DNA of 64,000 nucleotides from a virus (taxonomy: Duplodnaviria; Caudoviricetes), in IMG/VR virus record IMGVR_UViG_3300033066_002303, positions 7,078 through 71,077 of that record. One strand, given 5' to 3'. A program made the position numbers and the translations under genes. A model generated the notes under the pieces. It was given only the letters and a program-made list of their open reading frames with translations. It made no database searches and was not told where the DNA came from. Of the stretch, positions 36,176 through 44,962 are shown piece by piece (within the stretch, counting starts at the first letter, position 1; every line of letters starts with the position of its first letter).

Positions 36176-37069
36176 ATGGACGAAAGTTACCCCGAAGATT
36201 CGGGGGATATTGTGTACCCGGCGGGGCTAAAACCGCTGACCGTTAAATCGGTACGGCGTGGTTTGCGGTTGCCGGAATCGTTTTTGGGTGTCGCCGGCGG
36301 CGGGGTAGTAGTGCCCCTGGCGGACAGAAAGAATTCTGATCGCTTGTATTTGCAGCAGCGTGACGATGCGACAGATAACCACATGATTCAACTGGATCCG
36401 CAGCACGGCGGACCGAAACTGACTAGCCGCGAACGGGCTGAAATTGTGCGCCGGACAGGAAGGGATTGGCTCAGCATGTCGTACGACCAGCTTACGCAAA
36501 TGTTGACAGAGATCCGGGCGAACACTGCGCCCGCAGCCAAGCAGGCCAGCGACGCGGCGGGGCTTGCCGCTATCCTGCCGTCACCGGCGCCCGTTACACC
36601 GCCGCAGCCCCCGGTAATGGCTGCTCCGACGCCTGCCCGGCCCCCGGCGCCCGTGCAGCGGTTTCGTCAGTCTCTGTTTGACCGGGCTGAGTCTGCTGCG
36701 GCCGCGGCTGCGGCGCGTGCGGCTGCCCCGCCGACAACGCCAACAACCGCTGTCGTGCCGACGGTTAACTTGCAGCTGGATATCGGCGGCTGGTTGCAGC
36801 TGGACGTGCAGTGTCATTACTGGCAGGAGTATGACAACCAGCTGGTGTTGATCTATGACGACAGTCAGCAGATCAAGCCGTCGATCCCGACCCGGACGGC
36901 TGATACGCCAGCAGAGGCGCTGGCTATCCAGATTAGCGGGCAGCCGCGGATCTACGTTGTTCAGCCGGCGCCGCCACCGTTAAACTGGAATGGCTACACG
37001 TTCTACTTTTTGCCGATTGTCGACATTGTAGACGATACGGTCGGCGATCCAACCGCCGCCGACGGTTGA
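36176..37069 (+). CDS. Hypothetical protein with Pro/Ala linker
   Basis: ATG 36176; its TGA stop lies inside palindrome copy 6. Confidence 0.65.
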   Translation: MDESYPEDSGDIVYPAGLKPLTVKSVRRGLRLPESFLGVAGGGVVVPLADRKNSDRLYLQQRDDATDNHMIQLDPQHGGPKLTSRERAEIVRRTGRDWLSMSYDQLTQMLTEIRANTAPAAKQASDAAGLAAILPSPAPVTPPQPPVMAAPTPARPPAPVQRFRQSLFDRAESAAAAAAARAAAPPTTPTTAVVPTVNLQLDIGGWLQLDVQCHYWQEYDNQLVLIYDDSQQIKPSIPTRTADTPAEALAIQISGQPRIYVVQPAPPPLNWNGYTFYFLPIVDIVDDTVGDPTAADG

Positions 37070-37077
37070 TATCAACC
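37064..37077. repeat. Dispersed palindrome, copy 6 (overlaps a stop codon; 16 bp before the portal-like gene)
   Basis: Exact match. Confidence 0.95.
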
Positions 37078-37093
37078 AGTATACAGGTGCGCG

Positions 37094-39028
37094 ATGACGC
37101 TTTTTGGCGGCGGGCCCCATAACTCAACCGGGTCCGCAAGCCGCTGGTGGAATGCCAGCGCATCACCGTTTCCAGACCCGTTTTGCGATATCGCGTCGAT
37201 GGCTATGCCACGCACGATGCGCGACGCGTTGTGGTGGTCCGAGCGTATCGCGGTCAAACAGGGCGTGCTTGCCCAGGCACTCCGCCGGGTGGTCAGCTAC
37301 TTCATTACGGAAGTGGAGCTGACCACGGAGAACGGGGAGCAGCTGGGGCATAAGGAAAAACAGGAGATCCTGGACTTCCTGAACGACGACATGGGCATCG
37401 CCGGCGTACTGGAATCCGCCGGCGTTGACTTCATGATTTACGGCAACAGCTTCACTTCGCTGGTGATGCCGTTCAAGCGGTCACTCATGTGCCGCAACCC
37501 GGCCTGTAGCATGGAAGTGCCGCTGCGGCAGCTGTTCAAATCGGACAAGGCGCAGGCCAGTTACCGGGACGGCAAGTTCTACGCGACTTGCCCCCGGTGC
37601 AAACACACCGGCGAGTGGCGGATGCTGGATCGCCGCAGTAACGACAAGAAGAACATTGCGGTCCATCGCTGGTCGCCGCACGAGATCGATATTCGTTACT
37701 GTCCCACGTCACAGCGGCGCGAGTACCTGTGGCGCATTCCGACGAATTACCGCAGCCTGATCAAGGATGGCCGCAGCCTGTTCCACCTGGAGAGCGTGGA
37801 AGAGTGCGTGCTGGAAGCGATCCACAAGAACGAAGTGCTGCTGTTCAATCCGGATGCTATCCACCACATGTTCGAACCCCCGCCGGCCGGTGTTACAACC
37901 GAAGGCTGGGGTTTTTCGCGCATGCTGACAAACTTCGGGATGGCGTACTACGTCCAGATCCTGATGCGGTACAACGAGGCGATCGCGCTGGACTTCGTGG
38001 TGCCCACCCGGGTGATCACACCCATGCCGCGCCCTGGCGCTGCGGCCAACGAGGGCGGCGATCCGCTGCAGACGTTGCGTGGCGACGGGTTCTCTTCGTT
38101 CATTCGCAATGCGTTGCAGCAGCACCGCATGAACCCGGCAGACTACGTGATCAGCCCCTACCCGCTGCAGTACCAGCTGCTGTCGGGCGAAGCAAACGAA
38201 CTGGCGCCGCGCGAGCTGGTTGACCAGGGTATGGAACTGTTGCTGGCTTCTGTCGGTATTCCGGCAGAAATGTTCAAGGGCACGTTGACCACCCAGGCAG
38301 CTGTTCCGGCGATGCGGCAGTTTGAAGCCAATTGGCAGCATCTGGTGTTCCAGCTCAACCGCACATTGCGGCGGATTGTCGACGGCGCCGGGCAACGCCT
38401 GGGCTGGAAAACGGTAAAGGCCAAGTTGCGCCGCGCCAGCCACGCGGACGACTTGAACCGCCAGATGGCGATTCTGCAGCTGATGACCCAGGGCAGTGTC
38501 TCCATGTCGACCGGATTCCGGATGTTGGGCCTGGACGTGCTGCAGGAACTGCGCAACAAGTCCGAGGAAGCCAAGGCCACGGCAGAGATCCAGGCGGATG
38601 CCGACAAGGATATGCAGCAGGCCACGATCATGGACGAGATGACGCAGCCCTCGCCGCAAGCCGGGATGGTGGGCGCGGCGCAAGCGGGGCCAGGTGCACA
38701 GCCGGGTGGCGCGATGGCACCGCAGGCCGGTGGGCCGGTCACGCAGGCGCAGCAGGCCGCGCAGCAGTTTGGGGCCACAGCAGATCAGCAGGGCCCTGTC
38801 AGCCTGCACGACCTGTCTGCGCAGGCAGAATCTCAAGCCAATATGGTAGCCCGGATGCAGCCTGCCCAGCGCGAAGCGTTCTTGCGCAAACTGCGGCAGT
38901 CTAACGAAACGATGCACTCGCTGGTAACAGCGGCCCTGCAACGGATGGATCAGCAGCTGCGTAGCGATTCCTACGCGGCGGCCAAGCAACAGCAGACAGC
39001 AGGCCAACCGGCACCGCTGGCGTCATAA
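37094..39028 (+). CDS. Portal protein-like, with zinc-ribbon insertion
   Basis: Size, helical content, DFMIYGNSF (portal YGNAF-like), LASVGIPAEM, Q-rich tail; CRNPAC...CPRC insert. Confidence 0.6.
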   Translation: MTLFGGGPHNSTGSASRWWNASASPFPDPFCDIASMAMPRTMRDALWWSERIAVKQGVLAQALRRVVSYFITEVELTTENGEQLGHKEKQEILDFLNDDMGIAGVLESAGVDFMIYGNSFTSLVMPFKRSLMCRNPACSMEVPLRQLFKSDKAQASYRDGKFYATCPRCKHTGEWRMLDRRSNDKKNIAVHRWSPHEIDIRYCPTSQRREYLWRIPTNYRSLIKDGRSLFHLESVEECVLEAIHKNEVLLFNPDAIHHMFEPPPAGVTTEGWGFSRMLTNFGMAYYVQILMRYNEAIALDFVVPTRVITPMPRPGAAANEGGDPLQTLRGDGFSSFIRNALQQHRMNPADYVISPYPLQYQLLSGEANELAPRELVDQGMELLLASVGIPAEMFKGTLTTQAAVPAMRQFEANWQHLVFQLNRTLRRIVDGAGQRLGWKTVKAKLRRASHADDLNRQMAILQLMTQGSVSMSTGFRMLGLDVLQELRNKSEEAKATAEIQADADKDMQQATIMDEMTQPSPQAGMVGAAQAGPGAQPGGAMAPQAGGPVTQAQQAAQQFGATADQQGPVSLHDLSAQAESQANMVARMQPAQREAFLRKLRQSNETMHSLVTAALQRMDQQLRSDSYAAAKQQQTAGQPAPLAS

Positions 39029-39037
39029 GGGACAGTT

Positions 39038-39751
39038 ATGCAACTGGCGCTCGGAATGACGTGCTGCGCCCGGACAGACGGCAGCCGTCGGTACGACTAC
39101 ACCAAAGCGGCCATTACCAGCTTGCGCGATACGGGCGGCTTTCACGAGCCGCTCGTTCTGTACTGCGAACCTGGCGATATTCCCGTCCCGAACTCGAAAA
39201 CATACAACTTCACCGAGGTCCGTAACACGAGCGTGCTCGGCTGTTTCCAGAACTGGCGGGCGGGTTTGACAGACTTGCTGCAGCGCTACCCGGAAGCGAG
39301 CGCTTACATGATGCTGCAGGACGACAGCGTGTGGGCTGCTGATGCGGCACAGCGCGTGCGGGCAGCGCTGGAAACGGACTGGTTCCCGTCTTGCGGGTTT
39401 ATCTCGCCCTACACCAGCCCGGCCATGGTACCTAGGAAGCTCAGATATCGGCGGTCTGCGGCGAGCGAGAGTTGGGTGGATGCGAACTTTTTCAACAAGT
39501 CGTTCTGGGGCGCTGTCGCAATCTGTTTGCCGCGGGCATCTGCCGAGTACTTGTTGCAGGCGTCGCGGTTTGCCCACCACGATCACGCGCGCAAGCTGGA
39601 TGTTGTCGTCGGCAATGTGTTTCGTGATGCGGATAAAAGGATGATGGTGTCGGTTCCGTCACTGTGTGATCATATCGGCGCGTTCTCCAGTCTCGGGCGG
39701 CACAAGTTCCGCAGCATTCAGTGGGGGCGTCGCGGGTTCCAATTCAGGTGA
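39038..39751 (+). CDS. GT-A fold glycosyltransferase
   Basis: LGCFQNW, YMMLQDDSVW (DxD-like), GFISPY, PSLCDHIG. Confidence 0.7.
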   Translation: MQLALGMTCCARTDGSRRYDYTKAAITSLRDTGGFHEPLVLYCEPGDIPVPNSKTYNFTEVRNTSVLGCFQNWRAGLTDLLQRYPEASAYMMLQDDSVWAADAAQRVRAALETDWFPSCGFISPYTSPAMVPRKLRYRRSAASESWVDANFFNKSFWGAVAICLPRASAEYLLQASRFAHHDHARKLDVVVGNVFRDADKRMMVSVPSLCDHIGAFSSLGRHKFRSIQWGRRGFQFR

Positions 39752-39755
39752 GCCA

Positions 39756-40787
39756 GTGATTGCAGTTGTCGTCACCCAGTACGGGCGTAATCTGGCTACT
39801 GCCGCCGCAGTGATGCTGGAGCGTAATCTACGTTGGCTGGGGCATGACGTACGACTGTACGCCACACAGGCCACCGCCTACCCGGTCGGGCATGATACGG
39901 ACAACGCCTTGCGGCTGGTGTCGTTGCCGCAGCTCGCGCGTAGCAACTTCTCCGCCGTGTTTGTTTGCGGGCCCGTGCCGGACGCTTTTCTGTACGACAC
40001 CTTTGACCGGTTGCGGGTCATCGTGGTTGTTACAGATCATGCTTACCTGGAACAGCGGCCGGCCGGACTGGGCGCTGCGGCAGCTGTATTGTGTTTTGAC
40101 CAGCTGACCCAGGAGATCGCCGCGGACCATACGGAACAGGGGCCTGTGTGCTTCATTCCGTTCATGACGGCTCTGCCGATTACTGGCAAATCCCCAGCAG
40201 GTGCTCCGCTGCGTGTGCTGTTTCCACTGGCCTGGCAGCTCACAGCCCAGCTTGAAATCACGGCGATTGACGTTATATTGCGAGCAGCCCAGCGACCGGG
40301 TGTTCGTGTGGCGGTGATGGCTGACTCGCGAGATCTGACAGGGCGTGCGCGGTACTTGCTGCAGAAAAACAGGATTGCTGTCATCAAGCGACCCCGGTAC
40401 GATCGCTGGCCGTTGCTGTTTAACGGGCACGATCTGGTAGCCTGTCTGGCGGTGGCTGACACTGTGGGCGTAATGCCTGCTGTGGGTTTAACGTGCGGCA
40501 GCGCTGTCCTGTCAGTAGATACGCCCGTAGTGCGTTCGCAGGAAATGGTAATTCACGACAGCCTGTTTCCAGGAGGCGGGCACTGGCGGTATACCAAGGC
40601 CGGCCAGGTTGTGGTAACTCCGCATTATGCGGAGTTTGAAGACAGGTTGCACGGCTTGCTCGATACTCCCGAACGCTTGATTGCCGCTGGCGATAGTGCT
40701 GCGGCGGCGATGCGCGACAGCGGGATTGCCGGGCGTGCCGTGCTGCACAGTCTCGTTACAGAGGATGGAGCCGGCGATGATCAATGA
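39756..40787 (+). CDS. Degenerate GT-B (GT4-like) glycosyltransferase
   Basis: LRWLGHDVRLY N-terminus; HDLVACL...GVMPAVGLTCGSAVLSVDTP resembles the GT4 C-terminal domain. Confidence 0.45.
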   Translation: MIAVVVTQYGRNLATAAAVMLERNLRWLGHDVRLYATQATAYPVGHDTDNALRLVSLPQLARSNFSAVFVCGPVPDAFLYDTFDRLRVIVVVTDHAYLEQRPAGLGAAAAVLCFDQLTQEIAADHTEQGPVCFIPFMTALPITGKSPAGAPLRVLFPLAWQLTAQLEITAIDVILRAAQRPGVRVAVMADSRDLTGRARYLLQKNRIAVIKRPRYDRWPLLFNGHDLVACLAVADTVGVMPAVGLTCGSAVLSVDTPVVRSQEMVIHDSLFPGGGHWRYTKAGQVVVTPHYAEFEDRLHGLLDTPERLIAAGDSAAAAMRDSGIAGRAVLHSLVTEDGAGDDQ

Positions 40788-41448
40788 TTTGCTGTGTGGC
40801 GTCGACCGTGTCAAAGCGACCCGCCTGGCCGGGCAGTGGTACGGTGACGCGAAGCACCCCTCGGGCAAATCGGTGTTCTCGTTATATTCGGCCCTGGCCG
40901 CTATGGTGGTGGAAGAGCTGGCGCTGGCTAAACCGCAAATGCGGCCAGATGCGTTCAAAGCGTATGACCCGCCCAGCTGCTGGCACGCGGCGCTGTTGCT
41001 GGGCACGTTTCTGTATACGCCCACGAATTTTGACACGCTGTGCCGCGCGGCCTCGTTACAGGTGGCTGAGCTGGTTGCGGTGCTGACACCGGACAAACGG
41101 CTAGCTGGGCCGCGACAGCGCTTGCTGTACCATGCGGCCGTGCGCAGTTTCACCCCACAAGCAAAGTTACTGTGCCTGCTGCATGTCCGTCAGCAGGCAC
41201 AGTTATTTACAACGTTGTTGTCTGCTAATTTAGTCCCCTCGCCGGCGCTGCTGGAGGAAGCGAGTACGTTTCGGGAGGATGCGCAGGTTCTGGTAAGTGA
41301 GTGCCGTACAGTTCAAACCGAGTTACCGCTGCCGTTGCCAGAGTTGGCCACGCGCTGCGTGGCCGATTTGAAGCGGCTGGCCGCTGCAATCAAGCAGAAA
41401 GGCGTAAACAATGGACAACAGGAACAGCAACGGAAGAACGTGGGCTGA
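40777..41448 (+). CDS. HD-domain (Mesh1/SpoT-hydrolase-like) homologue lacking the HD dyad
   Basis: YGDAKHPSG, AALLLGT (for AALLHD), VAELVAVLTPDKRL. Confidence 0.45.
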   Translation: MINDLLCGVDRVKATRLAGQWYGDAKHPSGKSVFSLYSALAAMVVEELALAKPQMRPDAFKAYDPPSCWHAALLLGTFLYTPTNFDTLCRAASLQVAELVAVLTPDKRLAGPRQRLLYHAAVRSFTPQAKLLCLLHVRQQAQLFTTLLSANLVPSPALLEEASTFREDAQVLVSECRTVQTELPLPLPELATRCVADLKRLAAAIKQKGVNNGQQEQQRKNVG

Positions 41449-41656
41449 CGTGGCGCACGCGCTGATTCGGCACGATGATGCCTTGGCGTTCGCATTCTTC
41501 GGCATGATCACGGTGCAGGGCATCGTTAGTGCCGTTTCTGCAGCAGCGGCAACGGTGCTGAATTCGCATATCGCGGCCCGTAAACAACAGGAGTGTGTAC
41601 AAGAATGCGATACGTTATCGACGGCGCCGACTGCTGCGGCAAAACAACAGCCTTGA
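41411..41656 (+). CDS. Small membrane-associated hypothetical protein
   Basis: Hydrophobic stretch ALAFAFFGMITVQGIVSAV. Confidence 0.4.
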   Translation: MDNRNSNGRTWADVAHALIRHDDALAFAFFGMITVQGIVSAVSAAAATVLNSHIAARKQQECVQECDTLSTAPTAAAKQQP

Positions 41657-42336
41657 AACTGGCTGCCGCGCAGCTGGGCTTGCCTGCGCTGCACTCTGTG
41701 CGGCACGCGGGCTGGACAAACAAGATCTGGCAGACCGTGTGCGACGACGGCGCGGCGCATGCCGATCTGACAACCCAGCTGCTGCTGTCTGCCGCCTTGC
41801 AGCGTAACTGCTTCAAGGTGGCGCCGCAGAGCTGTCTGATTGACCGGGGCGTGGTGTCGATGACGGCGCTGCAGTTTTCTGTGCAGCTGCCGATCGCTCT
41901 TGCGTTTAAGGGGGCAGTCGAAACGTACGCGCAGTACGTGACAACTGAGCCGTATATCTTGATCCTGCCGCACGCCAGCCTGGCCACCTGCCAGGCCCGT
42001 CGGCAGGCGCGTGGCGATGCAGCTGACGTGTTCGAACAGAACATGCCAGCGTTGCACGACCGCTACGCCCAGCTGCGGGCCTGGTTGCCTGCAAACTGCT
42101 CAGCTATGCGGCTGCCATACCTGGACGAATCGGATTTTGGTACGAACGTGGGCTATCCGATTATTAGTGACGATGGCGACCTGCTAATGACGATTGTGCT
42201 GCCGGCTGTTAGTATTTTTGAAGGGGCAGCGGATAACGCAGCTGCATATCTTGTCGATTTTATCAGCCGCGCTGAGAGGTATTACCACCGTGCCACTGAA
42301 ATCGAAAAGCCAGCAGCGCTGGATGTTCTGGGCTGA
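41605..42336 (+). CDS. Thymidylate-kinase-like dNMP kinase
   Basis: VIDGADCCGKTT P-loop, LIDRG, CQARRQARG lid. Confidence 0.75.
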   Translation: MRYVIDGADCCGKTTALKLAAAQLGLPALHSVRHAGWTNKIWQTVCDDGAAHADLTTQLLLSAALQRNCFKVAPQSCLIDRGVVSMTALQFSVQLPIALAFKGAVETYAQYVTTEPYILILPHASLATCQARRQARGDAADVFEQNMPALHDRYAQLRAWLPANCSAMRLPYLDESDFGTNVGYPIISDDGDLLMTIVLPAVSIFEGAADNAAAYLVDFISRAERYYHRATEIEKPAALDVLG

Positions 42337-42889
42337 ATCGCAAGACAAACTTCCGAAAGGAACGGCAAAGCGATGGGCGGATCACACCCCGGAGATCAAG
42401 AGCCTGCCGGAGAAGGCAGCGCAGGATATGAGCACTGTGCAGTTGGCGCTGGCAGCAGCGGAGCAGTTGCCGCAAGTGGACCCGCAACTGCAGCGGGCAA
42501 TCAAGACAGCCGTGGCTGTTTGCGGTGCAGTAAAAAGTCCGACACAGTGGCAAAACGCTTTGGCAAAGTTTGCACTCGGGCCGGCTGCGCCAACGGACGG
42601 GACAATGCTGCCAGCAGCACAGATTCCGCAGGGGCAGGGAACGCCCCAGGCTGTGGCGCAGATGCAGCAGCAGATGCCGCTGGTAGCGCCGGCAGTTGAC
42701 CCGGCACAGCAGCTGTCTGCTGCGATTACGCCGCAGGCGAAGCCTATGCCGATGGGCGGCGGCGCGAATACACCCACCAACAACCCCATCGGGTTGTTCT
42801 CCGGTTTGTCGACAACGCCCGGGAAGGTGGATGGGAACTCCGCATTTGGCACGCGCAAAACGGCCTGGCGGAATTATTTCGGAGTGTGA
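42290..42889 (+). CDS. Conserved phage protein (MPFKSKAQ-type N-terminus)
   Basis: PLKSKSQQRWMFWAE...AKRWADHTPEIKSLPEK matches a recurrent phage motif. Confidence 0.6.
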   Translation: MPLKSKSQQRWMFWAESQDKLPKGTAKRWADHTPEIKSLPEKAAQDMSTVQLALAAAEQLPQVDPQLQRAIKTAVAVCGAVKSPTQWQNALAKFALGPAAPTDGTMLPAAQIPQGQGTPQAVAQMQQQMPLVAPAVDPAQQLSAAITPQAKPMPMGGGANTPTNNPIGLFSGLSTTPGKVDGNSAFGTRKTAWRNYFGV

Positions 42890-42892
42890 GGG

Positions 42893-43258
42893 ATGGCGAG
42901 TGACAAGCTGCAGGTGTGCGTAGATTTTGACGGGGTTGTGCATGCGCACCGCTTACCGTTCGTACACCCGGCCGAGATACCAGACGTGCCTGTAGCTGGC
43001 GCGTTTGAAGCCCTGACGGCGTACCTGGATGCTGGGTACGCCGTTGCTATTTTCTCCTGCCGCAACCAGCACGAGGGTGCGCCGGATGCGATGCGCCTCT
43101 GGTTCGCGAAGCACGGCTTTGAGCGCGCAGCCGAGCTGACCTTTCCAGCTATTAAACCTGGTGCCGTACTTTACATTGATGACCGCGCGTTCTGTTTTCA
43201 GGGGGAGTTTCCAACGGTGGAAGCAATCGGTACGTTCAAGACCTGGCTGGGGCACTGA
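42893..43258 (+). CDS. HAD-superfamily phosphatase
   Basis: VCVDFDGVVH, IFSCR, KPGAVLYIDDRA. Confidence 0.85.
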   Translation: MASDKLQVCVDFDGVVHAHRLPFVHPAEIPDVPVAGAFEALTAYLDAGYAVAIFSCRNQHEGAPDAMRLWFAKHGFERAAELTFPAIKPGAVLYIDDRAFCFQGEFPTVEAIGTFKTWLGH

Positions 43259-43262
43259 CACG

Positions 43263-43925
43263 GTGACCCGCTATCGGCTGGATTTCGTGTACGGCGACGC
43301 TACGGACGAATTCGACGAGTGGCTGGCCACAAGTGAATGGGAAGTGAAAAGCTTTTCCCGCCGCCACGGTAACGCTAACCCGTACGACTACATCCAGAAA
43401 GTGGATCGCTACGGCGACGTGGTTCCAGCAAACGTCGGGATTCGCCGGCGGCTGGAATGTGGCACGGCTTTCGTGCTCTCTTACTACGAGCACTCGCTCT
43501 GCCGCTGGGCATTAAAGGGCGAAGCGCCAAACGACATCTGGGACACAGCCCAGGTCGCTGGCATGCTGCTGCGGACAGAGCCCTTTCCGCGCACCGTGAA
43601 GTTGTACAGCGACCGCCAGGCGGCGGCGCGGACATTTCTGCAGTACTACACCGACTGGTGCAACGGCTCGATCATCAGTTGCCAGTATTGCGAGCTGGCC
43701 GAGGATACTGAAAGTACCGAGCCTGTAACGGCCTGGGAGTACTCCGGGCAGTACTGTATGACAGACGAAGACCTGTTATTCAAAGACCTGGAGACGTGGC
43801 TGCCGTCCGATATGACTGCGGCCAACACTGTGCTGGTGACAGCGGATTCTCAGTCATACGCACCGCAATTGCAGAAAGTGTGGGACCGTCGTGCAGGAAT
43901 GGCGCTGTCCGCAGTGCACGCGTGA
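43263..43925 (+). CDS. Conserved hypothetical phage protein
   Basis: LSYYEHS...WDTAQVAG...YTDWCNG pattern seen in phage/plasmid hypotheticals. Confidence 0.6.
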   Translation: MTRYRLDFVYGDATDEFDEWLATSEWEVKSFSRRHGNANPYDYIQKVDRYGDVVPANVGIRRRLECGTAFVLSYYEHSLCRWALKGEAPNDIWDTAQVAGMLLRTEPFPRTVKLYSDRQAAARTFLQYYTDWCNGSIISCQYCELAEDTESTEPVTAWEYSGQYCMTDEDLLFKDLETWLPSDMTAANTVLVTADSQSYAPQLQKVWDRRAGMALSAVHA

Positions 43926-43938
43926 AGATGCGTTCGGC

Positions 43939-44160
43939 ATGGTAGCGATTATCTGCCCTGATACGTGGGCCAGGCGTGTGGGTACACATGCGATTTTTGT
44001 ACCTGACCGCGGACCACGGGCCGGGCAGCAGCTTCGCGGCTATCTTGTGAGGAAGGGCACACGCCGCGCGTATAAAGGAAGCTGGCTGGTTTTCGACTGC
44101 CCCTTGTTGTGGGTAGCGTTGCAGAAAGACCAGAAAATCGTTGTCACCATGAGATACTGA
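43939..44160 (+). CDS. Small hypothetical protein
   Basis: Fills the gap before gmhA; start uncertain. Confidence 0.4.
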   Translation: MVAIICPDTWARRVGTHAIFVPDRGPRAGQQLRGYLVRKGTRRAYKGSWLVFDCPLLWVALQKDQKIVVTMRY

Positions 44161-44163
44161 GCC

Positions 44164-44952
44164 ATGTACGTTATCAAGCGGACACCCGGCGGTCCGGGAT
44201 TGCTTTTTTTCGGGCCAGACGGCGGGCAGATTGCGTCTATTCACGTGGCGCATGTAACACAAGCCAAACAGGCGACAACCAAGCTGGTTGTCGAGGCTAT
44301 TCCGACCATAACCGTGCTCCGGCAGGAAGCGGACGACAAGCGGCGTGCTGATAGCCTGACGGCTGCGCCAGCGCAGCGCACAGCACGGCTGCTGTTTACA
44401 CAAAGTTTCGGTTGTGCCGGGCTTCGGCAACATTACCCGGATCATGTCGCGCGCCTGGATATAGAAGCAGACGAGTTGCTGGCGAAGATCCGCGGCGTTC
44501 GCGGACGGCCGTATAGCGGCTTACTCGTGTGCGGAAATGGCGGGAGCGCCTGTAATGCGGCGCACCTGACAGAGGATCTGCAGACACAGCTCCGCGGCTC
44601 GCTGCATCTGCCGACGGTCTGTCTGAACGATTCTGTCGGAGCGTTGACCGCGCTGGCAAACGATCACAGCTACGAGGAGGTATTCTCCCGGCAGCTGTCC
44701 CGCGTCTTTCCGACCGACACGGAGCTGACGGTCCTGTTGCTGTCCACCAGCGGGACCAGCAAAAACATCCTGGCTGCAGCTACTGCGGCCAAGCAGCAGC
44801 GCTGTACAGTCCTGGGGGTGACCGCCTATAAATCACCCCTGTATGATATGGCGGACGTAGCGCTGGGCTTTCCGGCAGCTGTGACAACGCCGCAACAAGA
44901 AGAGTTGCAGCTAGTGCTGACGCACTGGCTGATTAACGACTTAAACCGCTAG
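44164..44952 (+). CDS. gmhA: Phosphoheptose isomerase GmhA with N-terminal extension
   Basis: CGNGGSACNAAH, LTALANDHSYEEVFSRQ, LSTSGTSKNI, QEELQLVLTH. Confidence 0.9.
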   Translation: MYVIKRTPGGPGLLFFGPDGGQIASIHVAHVTQAKQATTKLVVEAIPTITVLRQEADDKRRADSLTAAPAQRTARLLFTQSFGCAGLRQHYPDHVARLDIEADELLAKIRGVRGRPYSGLLVCGNGGSACNAAHLTEDLQTQLRGSLHLPTVCLNDSVGALTALANDHSYEEVFSRQLSRVFPTDTELTVLLLSTSGTSKNILAAATAAKQQRCTVLGVTAYKSPLYDMADVALGFPAAVTTPQQEELQLVLTHWLINDLNR

Positions 44953-44962
44953 AGGTTACACG

